This document shows, one piece after another, positions 10,335 to 20,111 of a DNA stretch of 64,000 nt. Every line of letters begins with the position of its first letter. Positions within the stretch are counted from its first letter, which is position 1. The DNA comes from a virus. The DNA is taken from positions 1-64,000 of the IMG/VR virus record IMGVR_UViG_3300028948_000703; one strand, 5' to 3'. The position numbers and the translations under genes are program-made. The notes beneath the pieces were generated by a model that was not told where the DNA came from, ran no database searches, and saw nothing but the letters and a program-made list of their open reading frames with translations.

Positions 10335-10534
10335 GAGAACGATTCCCTTATACAGTACAAACACCAAGAAACAACTATACTCTGACAAGCTCTGCTGTAG
10401 ATTGGTGTAATAATAATGCTGGTGTAGTCTATATGGATTGGGATGCACTGTATAATCTTGATAAAGAAGACATCATAATATGGTACTTTAAATACAAATC
10501 CACTGCAACACAATTCATGCTGACATTCGGATGA
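10331..10534 (+). CDS. ~70-aa paralogue family member
   Basis: Starts at an ATGA overlap; FPY..AVDWC..WYFKYKSTATQFMLTFG. Confidence 0.8.
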   Translation: MRERFPYTVQTPRNNYTLTSSAVDWCNNNAGVVYMDWDALYNLDKEDIIIWYFKYKSTATQFMLTFG

Positions 10535-10714
10535 ACGAAAGATTCCCTTATACAGTACAAACACCAAGAAACAACCCCTCACTGCTATAGAATGTGTAAG
10601 GATAAGATTGGAATGGAATGGGATGCAATGTATTCCACAACAGACAACGACACAATAATATGGTATTTTAAAACCAAATCTGCTGCAACAGAATTGATGC
10701 TGACGTTTGGATAA
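10531..10714 (+). pseudogene. Frameshifted copy of the ~70-aa family
   Basis: The 5' ~45 nt are nearly identical to those of the 10331 gene. It stops after 19 codons, and remnants TAIE, CKDKIGMEW and WYFKTKSAATELMLTFG lie in other frames. Confidence 0.75.
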
Positions 10715-10717
10715 CCC

Positions 10718-10918
10718 GTGATCGATAACTATCCATATAAGATATCAACACCAGAACGGGACACCGATCTAACACGCACAGCAGTAAAATGGTGTGAAAC
10801 CACAGTGGGAGAACCAGATGAAGATTGGATATTGGAGTTTTCTGCAGAAGATGGGTATTTAACCTGGAGCTTTAGGGATCAATCACTGGCAACACTGTTT
10901 AAATTAACGTTTGGATAA
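10718..10918 (+). CDS. ~70-aa paralogue family member
   Basis: YPY..AVKWC..WSFRDQSLATLFKLTFG. Confidence 0.8.
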   Translation: MIDNYPYKISTPERDTDLTRTAVKWCETTVGEPDEDWILEFSAEDGYLTWSFRDQSLATLFKLTFG

Positions 10919-11002
10919 GCGCGCCAAAAAGCCAAAATTCACTGGATGGCTAAAAACCCGTGAAGGGCTGGCTGAGACCCCTAGGTGAAAAAATATACCT
11001 TT

Positions 11003-11884
11003 TTAGCCATTTCTAGCCAGTACAAACAACATATAATCACTGGAATCTGAGAATACATATACACGCTGATGACAATCCGCAAATCTACGGTCAAAGTAGT
11101 GCCATGATTTAAGATTATCTGTGCTATATAGCCACGCTAGATCTAGGTCCATATCATCTTGTATATTTGTCCATGACATACCCCATCGAGCATATTGATA
11201 GGTTTTAGTACATGCATATTCCATGATTAGCCTCTAGCTAGTACAAACGCAGCATAATCATCTAGATTATCAAAGATATATGTACGTTGATAATGATGTT
11301 CGTTTTTATTATCTACATAGTGCCATGAGATTCTAGTATCTAGGTTGTATAGCCACGCTAGATCATGGATTATTTCATCTGATATGGTTTGCCAGTTAAC
11401 AAACTTGAAATTATAGTGTCTAGTATATGTATAAGCCACAGTTACCCTCTAGCTAGTACAAACGCAGCATAATCATCTGGATTATCAAAGATATATGTAC
11501 GTTGATAATGATATTTGTCTGTGGTATCCGTATATTGCCATGAATCTCTATTATCTAGACTGTGTAGGTATGCTATATCCTTAATTGTTTCAGCTGCTAT
11601 GGTTTTCCAGGTAACAAATCTAAGAACATAGTGTCTAGTATATGTATAAGTCACAGTTAGCCTCTAGCTAGTACAAATGCTGTGTAGTCTTCAGCATGTT
11701 TAAATGTATATGTACGTTGATATCCATTACTAACAACAGTATCAGCAAAACTCCATCTATTATCAATGTTAGCCGGTGATCCTGTGTTACGTGCTATCCA
11801 GTCACAATCTTCAAACATACCCTCAAGCATCTGGCCCCAGCTACTATTACCGTTATATAGGTATATTTTGCTATACTTGTACAT
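11003..11884 (-). repeat. Four tandem paralogous genes (11003-11224, 11227-11439, 11442-11654, 11657-11884) ending ..DYxxFVLAR(N)G
   Basis: ~215-230 bp period. The 11227 and 11442 copies share near-identical 3' DNA (ctctagctagtacaaacgcagcataatcatc...). Confidence 0.9.
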
Positions 11885-11886
11885 GT

Positions 11887-12285
11887 TTAGCTGCTTGTGG
11901 GTTTCCCAGGGATCATGCCCATGGCCAGTCTAGTTTTATAGTCGTTGACATCTAGGTCAATTCTAGCAAATTCTGATTCAACTCTGCCTACATGTCCTTC
12001 AGTGTTAATTACCAAGAAAGTTGCGGGAAATTTATACCCAGAGATTAGCGAGGATTCTTCTGTGTATTCAATAACCCTGCATACATCTAACTTGAGTGAT
12101 GATCCGCCACTGTTATCAGGTACAACGACTTCAGCTATTACATAGTCTCCTACATGAGTAGTTTGACCCATGATATCTACTAGAGTGCCGGTGAATTGCG
12201 TGGAAGATCGCACTTCATTGTCGGGATCGTAACCACGGCTGGCCATCCATTTGTGCCAACTAGGAAATAGGCTTTTTTGGGTCAT
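11887..12285 (-). CDS. Hypothetical protein
   Basis: ORF tightly coupled within the operon; not a family member. Confidence 0.7.
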   Translation of the reverse strand: MTQKSLFPSWHKWMASRGYDPDNEVRSSTQFTGTLVDIMGQTTHVGDYVIAEVVVPDNSGGSSLKLDVCRVIEYTEESSLISGYKFPATFLVINTEGHVGRVESEFARIDLDVNDYKTRLAMGMIPGKPTSS

Positions 12286-13345
12286 TGATCTACTATATAC
12301 TCACTGTATCTAAGAGTAAAGTGCACAGCAGATTCTTCACAGTCAAAGTACCAAATATATCGTTGTTCGGCTAGGTCAATTTCTGTTCGTGTAAAATTGA
12401 TATTGTAGAGCACGCATTCACGTCTTATGTTGATGGCGTCAACAATTTGCAATTTGGTTACTATTCGGCGTGTCACAGTAGATTGTTCCAGACTAGTTGA
12501 AATTCCACATAAGATTCTCGATTATCAAACACTATACAAAAATAATCAGTTTCAGAGTCTATTTTTACCATGATATTTTGAGCCTTTAACCATTTTACCA
12601 AACTTTTAAGCTCTGAATATGAGAAGTCATTGATGTGTAGCTGTCTAGAGTAAACCTGGTCCCCGCAGGGGTTTTTTATAGCCATGCTAGTACAAACTCT
12701 GCTGCTGTTTCTTGTGTTTGAAATAGATAAATGATAGCATCGTGGGGTTCAGTGGATATAATTATATCCCAATCCGTACCCAGTGTGCCAACGTGTGCGC
12801 TTAGCCACCGCCATCTTTCTAATCCATGGGAGATTTGACTGTGATCAGGAGGGACTGACACTCTATAGGGAAATTTATCAAGCATTGTGCTAGACCTGGT
12901 CCCCGCAGGGGTTTTTATAGCCATGCTAGAGCAAACTCCGTGGCAGCAGCCTGGGTTTTAAAGCAATAAATCATGATATCTTCCTGCATAATCCATGACC
13001 AATCCAGTGCAAATTTACCCACATGCTCGTCTAACCATTTCCAGATCCGAGATAATTCTGGCCAATACTGTCTATAGCTCAGGTGTACTGTGCAAATAAA
13101 GGGAGATTCTGCTAGAGCCATCGCAGAGTAAACTCCACACAGTCAGCTTGATCTTTAAAAGCATATATAATAGGATCTTGATAACGATAGACGGGCAATA
13201 TATCCCAGCGGTCGCCCTGTTCACCTAGGTTTTTAAGCAGCCACAGCTCTCTTGACAGCTCACGATCCCATCCCATGGTTACACTGTAGGGATACTGCGA
13301 AACCTGGTCCCCGCAGGGGTTTTTATTTGGTGGTTTTTCTGTCAC
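12282..13345 (-). repeat. Five further ~65-80-aa paralogues (12282-12476, 12473-12685, 12676-12924, 12915-13121, 13112-13345)
   Basis: C-termini FDCEESAVHFTLRY, FDNRESYVEFQLVW, FQTQETAAEFVLAWL, FKTQAAATEFALAWL and FKDQADCVEFTLRWL. Confidence 0.8.
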
Positions 13346-13390
13346 TGTTTAAAACCTGGTCCCCGCAGGGGTTTTTATTTGGTGGTTTTT
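13300..13390 (+). repeat. 39-bp direct repeat AAACCTGGTCCCCGCAGGGGTTTTTATTTGGTGGTTTTT, two copies
   Basis: Copies at 13300-13338 and 13352-13390; the core also occurs at 12652, 12894, 54443 and 54465. Confidence 0.9.
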
Positions 13391-13587
13391 TCCAGTGCCG
13401 AGGCAGCATCAAGCTCTGATCTTACCAATTTAAGCACGGCTGAGTGCTCAAGTCGTAGACTCTCTTTGGCTAGAATGACTTGCTCTGGGTGTAGATCTAG
13501 TCCATATTCCTCAATGTGCACGATAGTTCGCTCCAGTGTGGCTAATCTCGTGATCATATCATTGATATATCGTGTGTTAGGTTTCAC
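13375..13587 (-). CDS. Hypothetical protein
   Basis: ORF directly downstream of the 13591 gene. Confidence 0.6.
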   Translation of the reverse strand: MKPNTRYINDMITRLATLERTIVHIEEYGLDLHPEQVILAKESLRLEHSAVLKLVRSELDAASALEKTTK

Positions 13588-13590
13588 GGC

Positions 13591-13917
13591 TTACTCTGTT
13601 TCATTTATGGTTGCCCAGGGTAGAGTAGGTTTGCTAATAGCAAGCTGAGTCTCAATTGCTGATGTTATTTTATTACGAGTATCCTCATTCCATGAGTCTA
13701 TAACCCATGCAGTGACTTGTTCTTCGGTTAGTTGATTGTATGGGGTAAATGGATTTTCTGGATTGTATTCCAGTGTACTAGATCCACCAAATCCGGCTGT
13801 ATTGCCTTGCTCACTGGTACCAGTATATGCCCAGTGAACTGTGATCACTCTATTTTCAGCGAGTTGATCTGTAACACAGTCTATTTGATTGATTTTAAGT
13901 GCATATGTAATGGTCAT
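13591..13917 (-). CDS. Tail-fibre-associated-type small protein (VITVHW..PTLPW)
   Basis: Motifs typical of phage fibre-assembly-type proteins; AATAAATA late promoter upstream. Confidence 0.55.
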   Translation of the reverse strand: MTITYALKINQIDCVTDQLAENRVITVHWAYTGTSEQGNTAGFGGSSTLEYNPENPFTPYNQLTEEQVTAWVIDSWNEDTRNKITSAIETQLAISKPTLPWATINETE

Positions 13918-14464
13918 GGTTAATCTCTTTTTTTCTTGTTAATATTTATTTGACCTAGCTCGGTTACCAATTTCATTTACACTCTGAATGCATAAAATAA
14001 ACATACCTAGACTTGAAGGTATTTTAGCACAGATATTCTAGGTAGATCAAGAGAAATATTTGGCTACACCCTGATATATTCCATTGACTTTTCTATTTCG
14101 AATAAGAATAGGAATTCTGCCGTGCAGTCTGGGCCGAGCCGTATCCCGGGGCTGTGCCTCGCAGAGTCTGTGGCCCAGTGCTGATCTAGTCAGCGAGGCA
14201 AGGCGGTGGTGTAATTTGCATGTATCACACTAGCAGACACTTGATGGAATCGTGTTTGTAGACGGGGCTAGCGTTGATAACAGTGCGAACTATCACAGTA
14301 TCAGCCAGTTGACACATGAAACAATTGGTCCTATTATAGGTTACAGTATAAATCTAGGTGCGGTTTAAATGGGGGTTTAAACCCGGGTTTTTTAGCTTAT
14401 ACGCGCGGTCTATTGTTTGATAGTGCCCGGAACTAGACAGCAATGGTATAGGCGTTATACGCAA

Positions 14465-14682
14465 GAAAAAGCCCAGTGTCCCTGCTGTCAGGTGCACACT
14501 GGGCTTGAGTGATGGTTCCGCTATTACTTCACAAGGTAGGATATACCCTCCATACCAGTGGATATCGATGCCATCTGCACCGGCCCGTTTGTATGGGCAC
14601 CCAGTCTTTTGCCCTGGTTAATGGGCTTTATCGTAGGCACTGCTCCCTACTAGCTGCTAACCACTGGCAGCGTTATCTCTCA
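14465..14682 (-). ncRNA. Candidate ~215-nt multi-hairpin sRNA
   Basis: TTGACA-17-TATAGT promoter (14716-14688); no RBS-led ORF; 7 short hairpins; ends in an AAGCCCAGTGT/ACACTGGGCTTTTT terminator. Confidence 0.6.
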
Positions 14683-14720
14683 CAGTCACTATACTCAGTG
14701 CACGAGACTGTGTCAACAGT

Positions 14721-15494
14721 TTACTTGAACATAGTCTCCGCAGCCAGCGTGCGCCAGTCCGGATCAATCTTGACAATGCTGACCAGCTTGACCACGCTGC
14801 GAATATCCAGCGAGCTCAGGTTGTCTGCATTCTGGCTGAGCCACGCAACCATTTCCACAGCGGTTTGCTTGTTGATACCGTTAACATCCAGGAACTCATC
14901 ACCGAACACAACCTGCGAAATTCGCGTAAGAACATCGCGTCGCGTGCGAATGCCAAGGTCAACATACAGCGCTCGGCTGAGAAACGCCTTGTAATGCGGG
15001 CTCATACCGGTATCTTTCTCACTGGCGCGTGCAAGATCCATATTGGTAATAAAGACCATGCTGCCCTCAAAGTCAAAGCTGCGATCGATACCAGCATCGG
15101 CTAGCACGCGGCTTTCCTTGTTATAGTGCACGTGCCGGCGGCGACCAGTGTCCAGTGCAGCCTTGAGCAGGTTGATAGCTTCCAAGTCCTTGTAGATTGC
15201 GTCAGCATCGTCGATTACCAGCACCTGACCACGCTGACGCGAGTCCCAAAGCAACTGATAAAGCGCAATTGCGCTGAGCGAGCCCTTGACGATGTTGTGC
15301 GTGATCTTGCCTTCGTCTGCAGCGGTCTGCAACACGCTTTCCAGCGTATAGCTCTTGCCACAGCCCGGAGCACCACTGACAATGACACCATTAACGTGCC
15401 CTGCAACAATACCCTGGGCAATCTTTTCGAGCACTGAAAACTTGCGCTTGATACGAAGATTGATATCGCCGATAGTTTCTACAGCGTCGCTCAT
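14721..15494 (-). CDS. P-loop AAA-family ATPase
   Basis: Walker A GAPGCGKS, Walker B VLVIDDAD, sensor FITN, LSR arginine finger. Confidence 0.85.
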   Translation of the reverse strand: MSDAVETIGDINLRIKRKFSVLEKIAQGIVAGHVNGVIVSGAPGCGKSYTLESVLQTAADEGKITHNIVKGSLSAIALYQLLWDSRQRGQVLVIDDADAIYKDLEAINLLKAALDTGRRRHVHYNKESRVLADAGIDRSFDFEGSMVFITNMDLARASEKDTGMSPHYKAFLSRALYVDLGIRTRRDVLTRISQVVFGDEFLDVNGINKQTAVEMVAWLSQNADNLSSLDIRSVVKLVSIVKIDPDWRTLAAETMFK

Positions 15495-15557
15495 TGTGTA
15501 TCCTTAATTGTTTACGTTGAGCCAATACTATATGGATTGTGCCAGAGTGTCAATCCA

Positions 15558-15640
15558 AAAATAAAGCGGGCCTTACGGATTCTTCATCCTGCCCGCGGCA
15601 AACCTTTGGTTGAGTGGCGGAACTCTACTTGAGGTTTGAT
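15558..15640 (-). ncRNA. Candidate ~80-nt sRNA
   Basis: TTGACA..TATATT promoter, a CAAACCT/AGGTTTG stem, then a GCGGGC/GCCCGC-TTTATTTT terminator; no ORF. Confidence 0.45.
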
Positions 15641-15677
15641 TTTAGTAATATACAGGTTTTATCTGGTATGTCAAGTG

Positions 15678-15956
15678 TTACTCAACGTGAAGTCGGTACT
15701 GTCTACGGGTCTTAGTGCGATTGACGTCGCTCTGCACCATTCCCCAGAATGTGATGGGGCCGGTTTCCACAATCTTCACAATATACCCCAGAGACTCCAG
15801 CGCACGCTTGGCTTTTTGGTAGCGAGGCCGGCCCCATCCACGTACCTTATAGCTACGAGCTCCCGACCGCAGGCGATCATTGTAGATAACTGCCCTGCCA
15901 GCCCTGCTTCGCAATTCACGGCTAGCAAGCGTATAATCCAGTTTTATATGTATCAT
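15678..15956 (-). CDS. Small basic protein, paralogue of 16537-16821
   Basis: Shared YNDRLRSG.RSYK / FNDRLKSSGGRSIK..LExxGYxVK..YRxHV motifs. Confidence 0.75.
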   Translation of the reverse strand: MIHIKLDYTLASRELRSRAGRAVIYNDRLRSGARSYKVRGWGRPRYQKAKRALESLGYIVKIVETGPITFWGMVQSDVNRTKTRRQYRLHVE

Positions 15957-16019
15957 TGCGACTCCGTAGGTGTTAGTGATTGGTTTCTAGCAAACCCTGC
16001 ATGTTAATGCAAGTGGTCT

Positions 16020-16469
16020 TTAAGGCTGCCACGTATAGCGCGGGTCATAGCTGCGGTTGATACGCTGAATAGCATCAAACGCCAATTCAGTGCGGCTATC
16101 GCGCGTCAGCACAACCTTGCTGCGGCACTTCATCGCAGTATGCTTGTCACTGTGCCAGGTCTTGCCGTGGTCAGTGCTGTATTCCTTCACATAATAACCC
16201 ACGGGTACATGTCCGCGGCTACGCCTCATCATGGTCTGCCACCACTTGGCACGACGATTGTTATAGGGGTACTTCTTAAAAACCCGGCGCGTCAGCACGC
16301 CAATTGTGGCGTCAGTAAACTTAAAACCGCGCTCCCAGCTACCATAACGGTTGCTACGAGAACTGGTTGACACAGTAACCACACGCCTGTTCAGCATGAC
16401 TTTCTGGCCGCTATAGGTCCTGTACTCATCTTTATTGAGCACAGTGCTCATTCGAGGATACTTAGCCAC
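16020..16469 (-). CDS. Basic hypothetical protein
   Basis: GTG start after AGGAG. Confidence 0.7.
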   Translation of the reverse strand: MAKYPRMSTVLNKDEYRTYSGQKVMLNRRVVTVSTSSRSNRYGSWERGFKFTDATIGVLTRRVFKKYPYNNRRAKWWQTMMRRSRGHVPVGYYVKEYSTDHGKTWHSDKHTAMKCRSKVVLTRDSRTELAFDAIQRINRSYDPRYTWQP

Positions 16470-16536
16470 AGTGTTCTCCTTGATGTAAATGCAATGATCC
16501 CAGCTTAGCACCACACCAAGCTGGGATCAACCGATT

Positions 16537-16821
16537 TTAGAGCACGTGGATGCGATAGCAGTCCCGGCCGTCCGCTCGGATGCGTTGCTTGCCAAGGTTT
16601 ACAAGCTTAACCGTGTAGCCCATCTTCTCCAGCTTGCGCTTAATGGGCGTATAGAACTTCTTGTCTGCGCCCCAGAGCTTGATGCTGCGGCCGCCCGATG
16701 ACTTGAGACGATCGTTGAAGACACATGCACGGTCTCCGTACAGCTTCTTGGCTCGATCACGCACCACGAGCGAAGCAGGAACATAATAAGCCGCAGACTT
16801 AACCAGCGTGTTATCCATCAT
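16537..16821 (-). CDS. Small basic protein, paralogue of 15678-15956
   Basis: AAGGAG RBS; shared motifs as above. Confidence 0.75.
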   Translation of the reverse strand: MMDNTLVKSAAYYVPASLVVRDRAKKLYGDRACVFNDRLKSSGGRSIKLWGADKKFYTPIKRKLEKMGYTVKLVNLGKQRIRADGRDCYRIHVL

Positions 16822-16911
16822 TTACTCCTTGTTGTGTGTTAGTTCGTGGACTATAGCTGAAACCCTGTTAGGCTTCAACCAAAATACTGTTACAGCCATA
16901 ACTATTATGAA

Positions 16912-16980
16912 TATAAATATTGTGCAGTTCACGAGACGGGAATCTCCAACTGCTCTATTGCTAACAAGGAGCAACAGCTT
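16912..16980 (+). promoter_or_regulatory. Late promoter plus conserved structured leader (copy A)
   Basis: TATAAATA then GCAGTT..AACTGC-TCT-ATTGCT..AGCAA-CAGC; homologous to the leaders at 24028 and 56557. Confidence 0.75.
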
Positions 16981-17613
16981 ATGTTTAATACAAAGAAAAT
17001 CTATCATCTATATATTAAAACACATTTAACAACCGGTTTAAAATATTTAGGCCAAACATGTGCAAAAGATCCTCACAAATATAAAGGATCTGGGATATAT
17101 TGGACTAATCATTTAAAAGAACACGGCACTAACTATGCTACTGAAATACTTTTAACAACCAACAATAAAAACGATATAACAGAAAAAGGACTGTACTATA
17201 GTAACCTATGGAATGTTGTTGAAAGTTCTGAATGGGCAAACTTAAAACCAGAGATAGGAGATGGGGGCGGAAAGCCCCCAGTACAAAAAGGTAAAAGATA
17301 TTGGAACAACGGTGTTAAAAATACAATGTCTTTTAATTGTCCGGGACCAGAATGGACCCCTGGAAAGTTAACATATTGTAATAAAGAAGAGCTGTCAAAA
17401 AAACTTAGTAGATTAGCAAAAAAACGTTTAACTAAAAAGATGAGAAACTATCTTAGAAAAAAGTCAATTGAAAACGGATCAAGCCCACCAGACCAAACCG
17501 GCAAAAAGTTTTGGAATAATGGAATAGAACAGACGACTGCATTCGAGTGTCCGGGAATTGGATGGAAGCAAGGAGGACTACCGCGAAAGAAACATATATT
17601 TCGTTCTGAGTAG
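16981..17613 (+). CDS. Free-standing GIY-YIG (Seg-like) homing endonuclease
   Basis: LYIK..TGLKYLGQT..YKGSG..W catalytic motifs; WNNG..CPG..W repeats; antisense to neighbouring genes. Confidence 0.85.
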   Translation: MFNTKKIYHLYIKTHLTTGLKYLGQTCAKDPHKYKGSGIYWTNHLKEHGTNYATEILLTTNNKNDITEKGLYYSNLWNVVESSEWANLKPEIGDGGGKPPVQKGKRYWNNGVKNTMSFNCPGPEWTPGKLTYCNKEELSKKLSRLAKKRLTKKMRNYLRKKSIENGSSPPDQTGKKFWNNGIEQTTAFECPGIGWKQGGLPRKKHIFRSE

Positions 17614-17913
17614 TAAAACTAAACGCACTCTAACATCGCTGCTAGAGTGCGTCAACCAGTTTACAGCGAAGGTGGCCATCCAGTAGTTTCAGCAACCTCA
17701 ACTGCATTCAGCATGCCTTCGGGCAGAATATCAAACACGCCGCCCATGTCCTCGTCATGAATAATGCCACTCAAACAAAGTTCGGCCTCTAGATCCTCGT
17801 TTGACATCTCAGCAAAATTGGTGCGATCGCTGTCGTCCAAGTAATCAGCATCGTCTTGCATCTCGCTGAGTACTCGGATAGCATCAGTGCGTAGGAAACC
17901 AAGTTTCTCCATG

Positions 17914-18249
17914 TTACTTGGAGACCTTATCAATGGCCCGATCGAACAGCTTCAGCACGTCCTTCTTGGAGTTCCGGTCATTGAACCAAACAACCGAAGC
18001 CTTAAACCGACCAGTTCCCGGCAGCACGCTTCGCAGAGCCTTGCGACCTTCGGTAGCAACACCCATGGTACCCATCTCATGCTCGGCACGACGCAGAGCA
18101 CCAATAGCACAGAAACTCTTGGCCTTTGGGCTCTTGACAGTCACTCGCTTGCCCATAGAATCCACAGCCAGATACGCCTTACACCACCCCCGAGCAACAA
18201 TACCACGAGCATTCTTCAGCAGAGTCACTACCTTCGTATTCTTAGCCAT
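17914..18249 (-). CDS. Hypothetical protein (GWCK..FCAIGAL..WFND; DUF6197-like)
   Basis: Motif pattern common in phage accessory genes; GGAG RBS. Confidence 0.65.
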   Translation of the reverse strand: MAKNTKVVTLLKNARGIVARGWCKAYLAVDSMGKRVTVKSPKAKSFCAIGALRRAEHEMGTMGVATEGRKALRSVLPGTGRFKASVVWFNDRNSKKDVLKLFDRAIDKVSK

Positions 18250-18300
18250 TGCAATCTCCTGTTGTATGAAAGCCTAACTTAGCACGTGATCGGCGGTGTG

Positions 18301-18690
18301 TCAATCGTTGTTGTTCTTGCAGAACGTTCCAAACTCCGGCCAATTATCCTCAAAGAGGATTACATCATCATGGGTCTTGACTACCACGCGGTCTCGGTAA
18401 ACATGGTACTCATAGTCCTGCCAGTGATCGTTACCTTCGACATTGTGTAGATAGAACTCACCGTGTCCTTTTTTGAAGTGCGCAACCATCTGAGCAGCCA
18501 AACAGCCCATACCATTGGCAATACGACGAGTCTCGTCATGTCGATATCCGTTGGTAATTTCCTTGATGCTGCTCAAAAACTCCGCAAGCTCAAGCCCGTG
18601 CCCGCTGGGATATCCGTCAAACTGACGATAGAGCTTGATAATCGGCTTGTTGTTGGTATCGTATACATAAGTTAGCGAACGAGTTCCCAT
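18301..18690 (-). CDS. Conserved phage protein (MGTRS..YRQFDGYP family)
   Basis: Related to 19046-19501. Confidence 0.75.
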   Translation of the reverse strand: MGTRSLTYVYDTNNKPIIKLYRQFDGYPSGHGLELAEFLSSIKEITNGYRHDETRRIANGMGCLAAQMVAHFKKGHGEFYLHNVEGNDHWQDYEYHVYRDRVVVKTHDDVILFEDNWPEFGTFCKNNND

Positions 18691-18712
18691 TATATACTCC
18701 TAGAGTTTGATA

Positions 18713-18988
18713 TCAGGCAATACGCCAGACGCGCACGCCTTTACGACCCTTTTCAGTACGATCGCGCACAGACCACGAGCTACCCGGAACAAGTTTGTGA
18801 CCCATGATCACTCCAAACTGGGTGCGACCAGTCTGCTTGTAGGTCTTTCCAGAAGAATAGCCCTTGACAAAGAAGCTATCACCAACCTTCATATGTGCAA
18901 AGGGAAAACGGCTGGTAGAAGGGGTGTTGCGACGCGGAATCTTTGCACTGTTAGGAATTGAACGGTGGTTTGAAATCACAATCTTCAC
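18713..18988 (-). CDS. Small putative DNA-binding protein (FPFxxMxVGDSF..GVRVWR)
   Basis: Motif common in phage proteins. Confidence 0.65.
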   Translation of the reverse strand: MKIVISNHRSIPNSAKIPRRNTPSTSRFPFAHMKVGDSFFVKGYSSGKTYKQTGRTQFGVIMGHKLVPGSSWSVRDRTEKGRKGVRVWRIA

Positions 18989-19045
18989 AGCATTGCTCCT
19001 GTATGTGAAATCCTAATCTAGCATCTAAACTATGAGTGTGTCAAC

Positions 19046-19501
19046 TCACGAAAGATCTGTATCAGCCTTGGTTTCAACAGCGTCCTTGAGCAGCATTCGC
19101 GGGCGGTCCCAGAACGAAACTGACCATTGTCCTTCAGCAAAGAGATAGTTAAACTCTTCGCTGAGAAACTCAAACCCAGCAACATTTCGGCTAAGCTTGG
19201 CACCGGTGTTTTTCTCGCCGCGATCTCGCCCATATGCATTACACATGTGACCATAGAGCTGACGATACTCGTCAGCAGCAGGATTGCCAAATCCCGGGCT
19301 GTCAAACGGATGCTTCTCACCAATCTCTGCACCAAGGCTGCTGATATCACCCAGTGCCATCAGCTCACGGATCTTTGATTCATCCTGATAGTGATTGAGC
19401 AGGATCTTGCCAGTGTGACTAAGGTAGTTGTCCCAATGGCAATAAATGCTGAGCACAGTTCCGTCGTCGTTCATGATACCGATACGTCCACGAGTTGCCA
19501 T
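19046..19501 (-). CDS. Conserved phage protein (MATRGRIG..IYCHWDNY family)
   Basis: GGAG RBS and its own promoter. Confidence 0.75.
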   Translation of the reverse strand: MATRGRIGIMNDDGTVLSIYCHWDNYLSHTGKILLNHYQDESKIRELMALGDISSLGAEIGEKHPFDSPGFGNPAADEYRQLYGHMCNAYGRDRGEKNTGAKLSRNVAGFEFLSEEFNYLFAEGQWSVSFWDRPRMLLKDAVETKADTDLS

Positions 19502-19653
19502 TGCGATGCTCCTAACTTTGTCTTGATGGATTATAGCAGGGGTCGGTTGAGTATTAAACCAGCCTTATTCAGGATCTACCCAGCCCTCATCATCATTCCA
19601 ATCACGATGATCCTGCTCGAATTCATAATCATCACGGTCCATGATATACTCCT

Positions 19654-20100
19654 TTACCAGCTCGAATGATATTCAAAGTAGACGCCATCATACACAGGAT
19701 CCAGCAACTTGTCAATCTGAGTTGCAGTGTACTCTAGATCCTGGAAGTAATAGTCGTCGTATTCGGTTCCGCCAAAGAAGAAACCGGACTGGCTAGGCAG
19801 TAGCTTGCCAGCGTGCTCACGGTTTTCAAGCACCTTTCGGCAAACATCCCGCAGCTCAGCAAGCTGCTCACGGCTTACATCATAGGTACCGCAGTCATCA
19901 CGGCCGTCCTGCACATTGTCCACAAACCACTTGTGGATTTGGTTGGCCTTGCGCCAGTAAGCAGCTTCGCCGATGAGTTGGTTGAAGGTGATGTCAGGCT
20001 TGCCACCAATCGCAGCATTGAGAGCATCAAGCTTCGCCTTGTTGTTTTTATCGTAGGTGGAAATATAAAGACGAGCGTTGAGATACATGTCCAATCCCAT
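19654..20100 (-). CDS. Conserved phage protein (MGLDMYL..YWRKANQIHKWF..GFFFG)
   Basis: Widely seen phage motif set. Confidence 0.8.
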   Translation of the reverse strand: MGLDMYLNARLYISTYDKNNKAKLDALNAAIGGKPDITFNQLIGEAAYWRKANQIHKWFVDNVQDGRDDCGTYDVSREQLAELRDVCRKVLENREHAGKLLPSQSGFFFGGTEYDDYYFQDLEYTATQIDKLLDPVYDGVYFEYHSSW

Positions 20101-20111
20101 TTTAGTCTCCT

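Noticed and set aside
10131-11884. Diversity-generating retroelement acting on the paralogue array
   Set aside because: There is no reverse transcriptase in the window, and differences between copies include indels and all base types rather than being adenine-specific.
14509-14994. Long antisense ORFs here and elsewhere (e.g. 30438-31220, 31340-32125, 49813-50463, 55303-55842)
   Set aside because: These are shadow frames of well-supported genes on the opposite strand, with no RBS or recognisable motifs.
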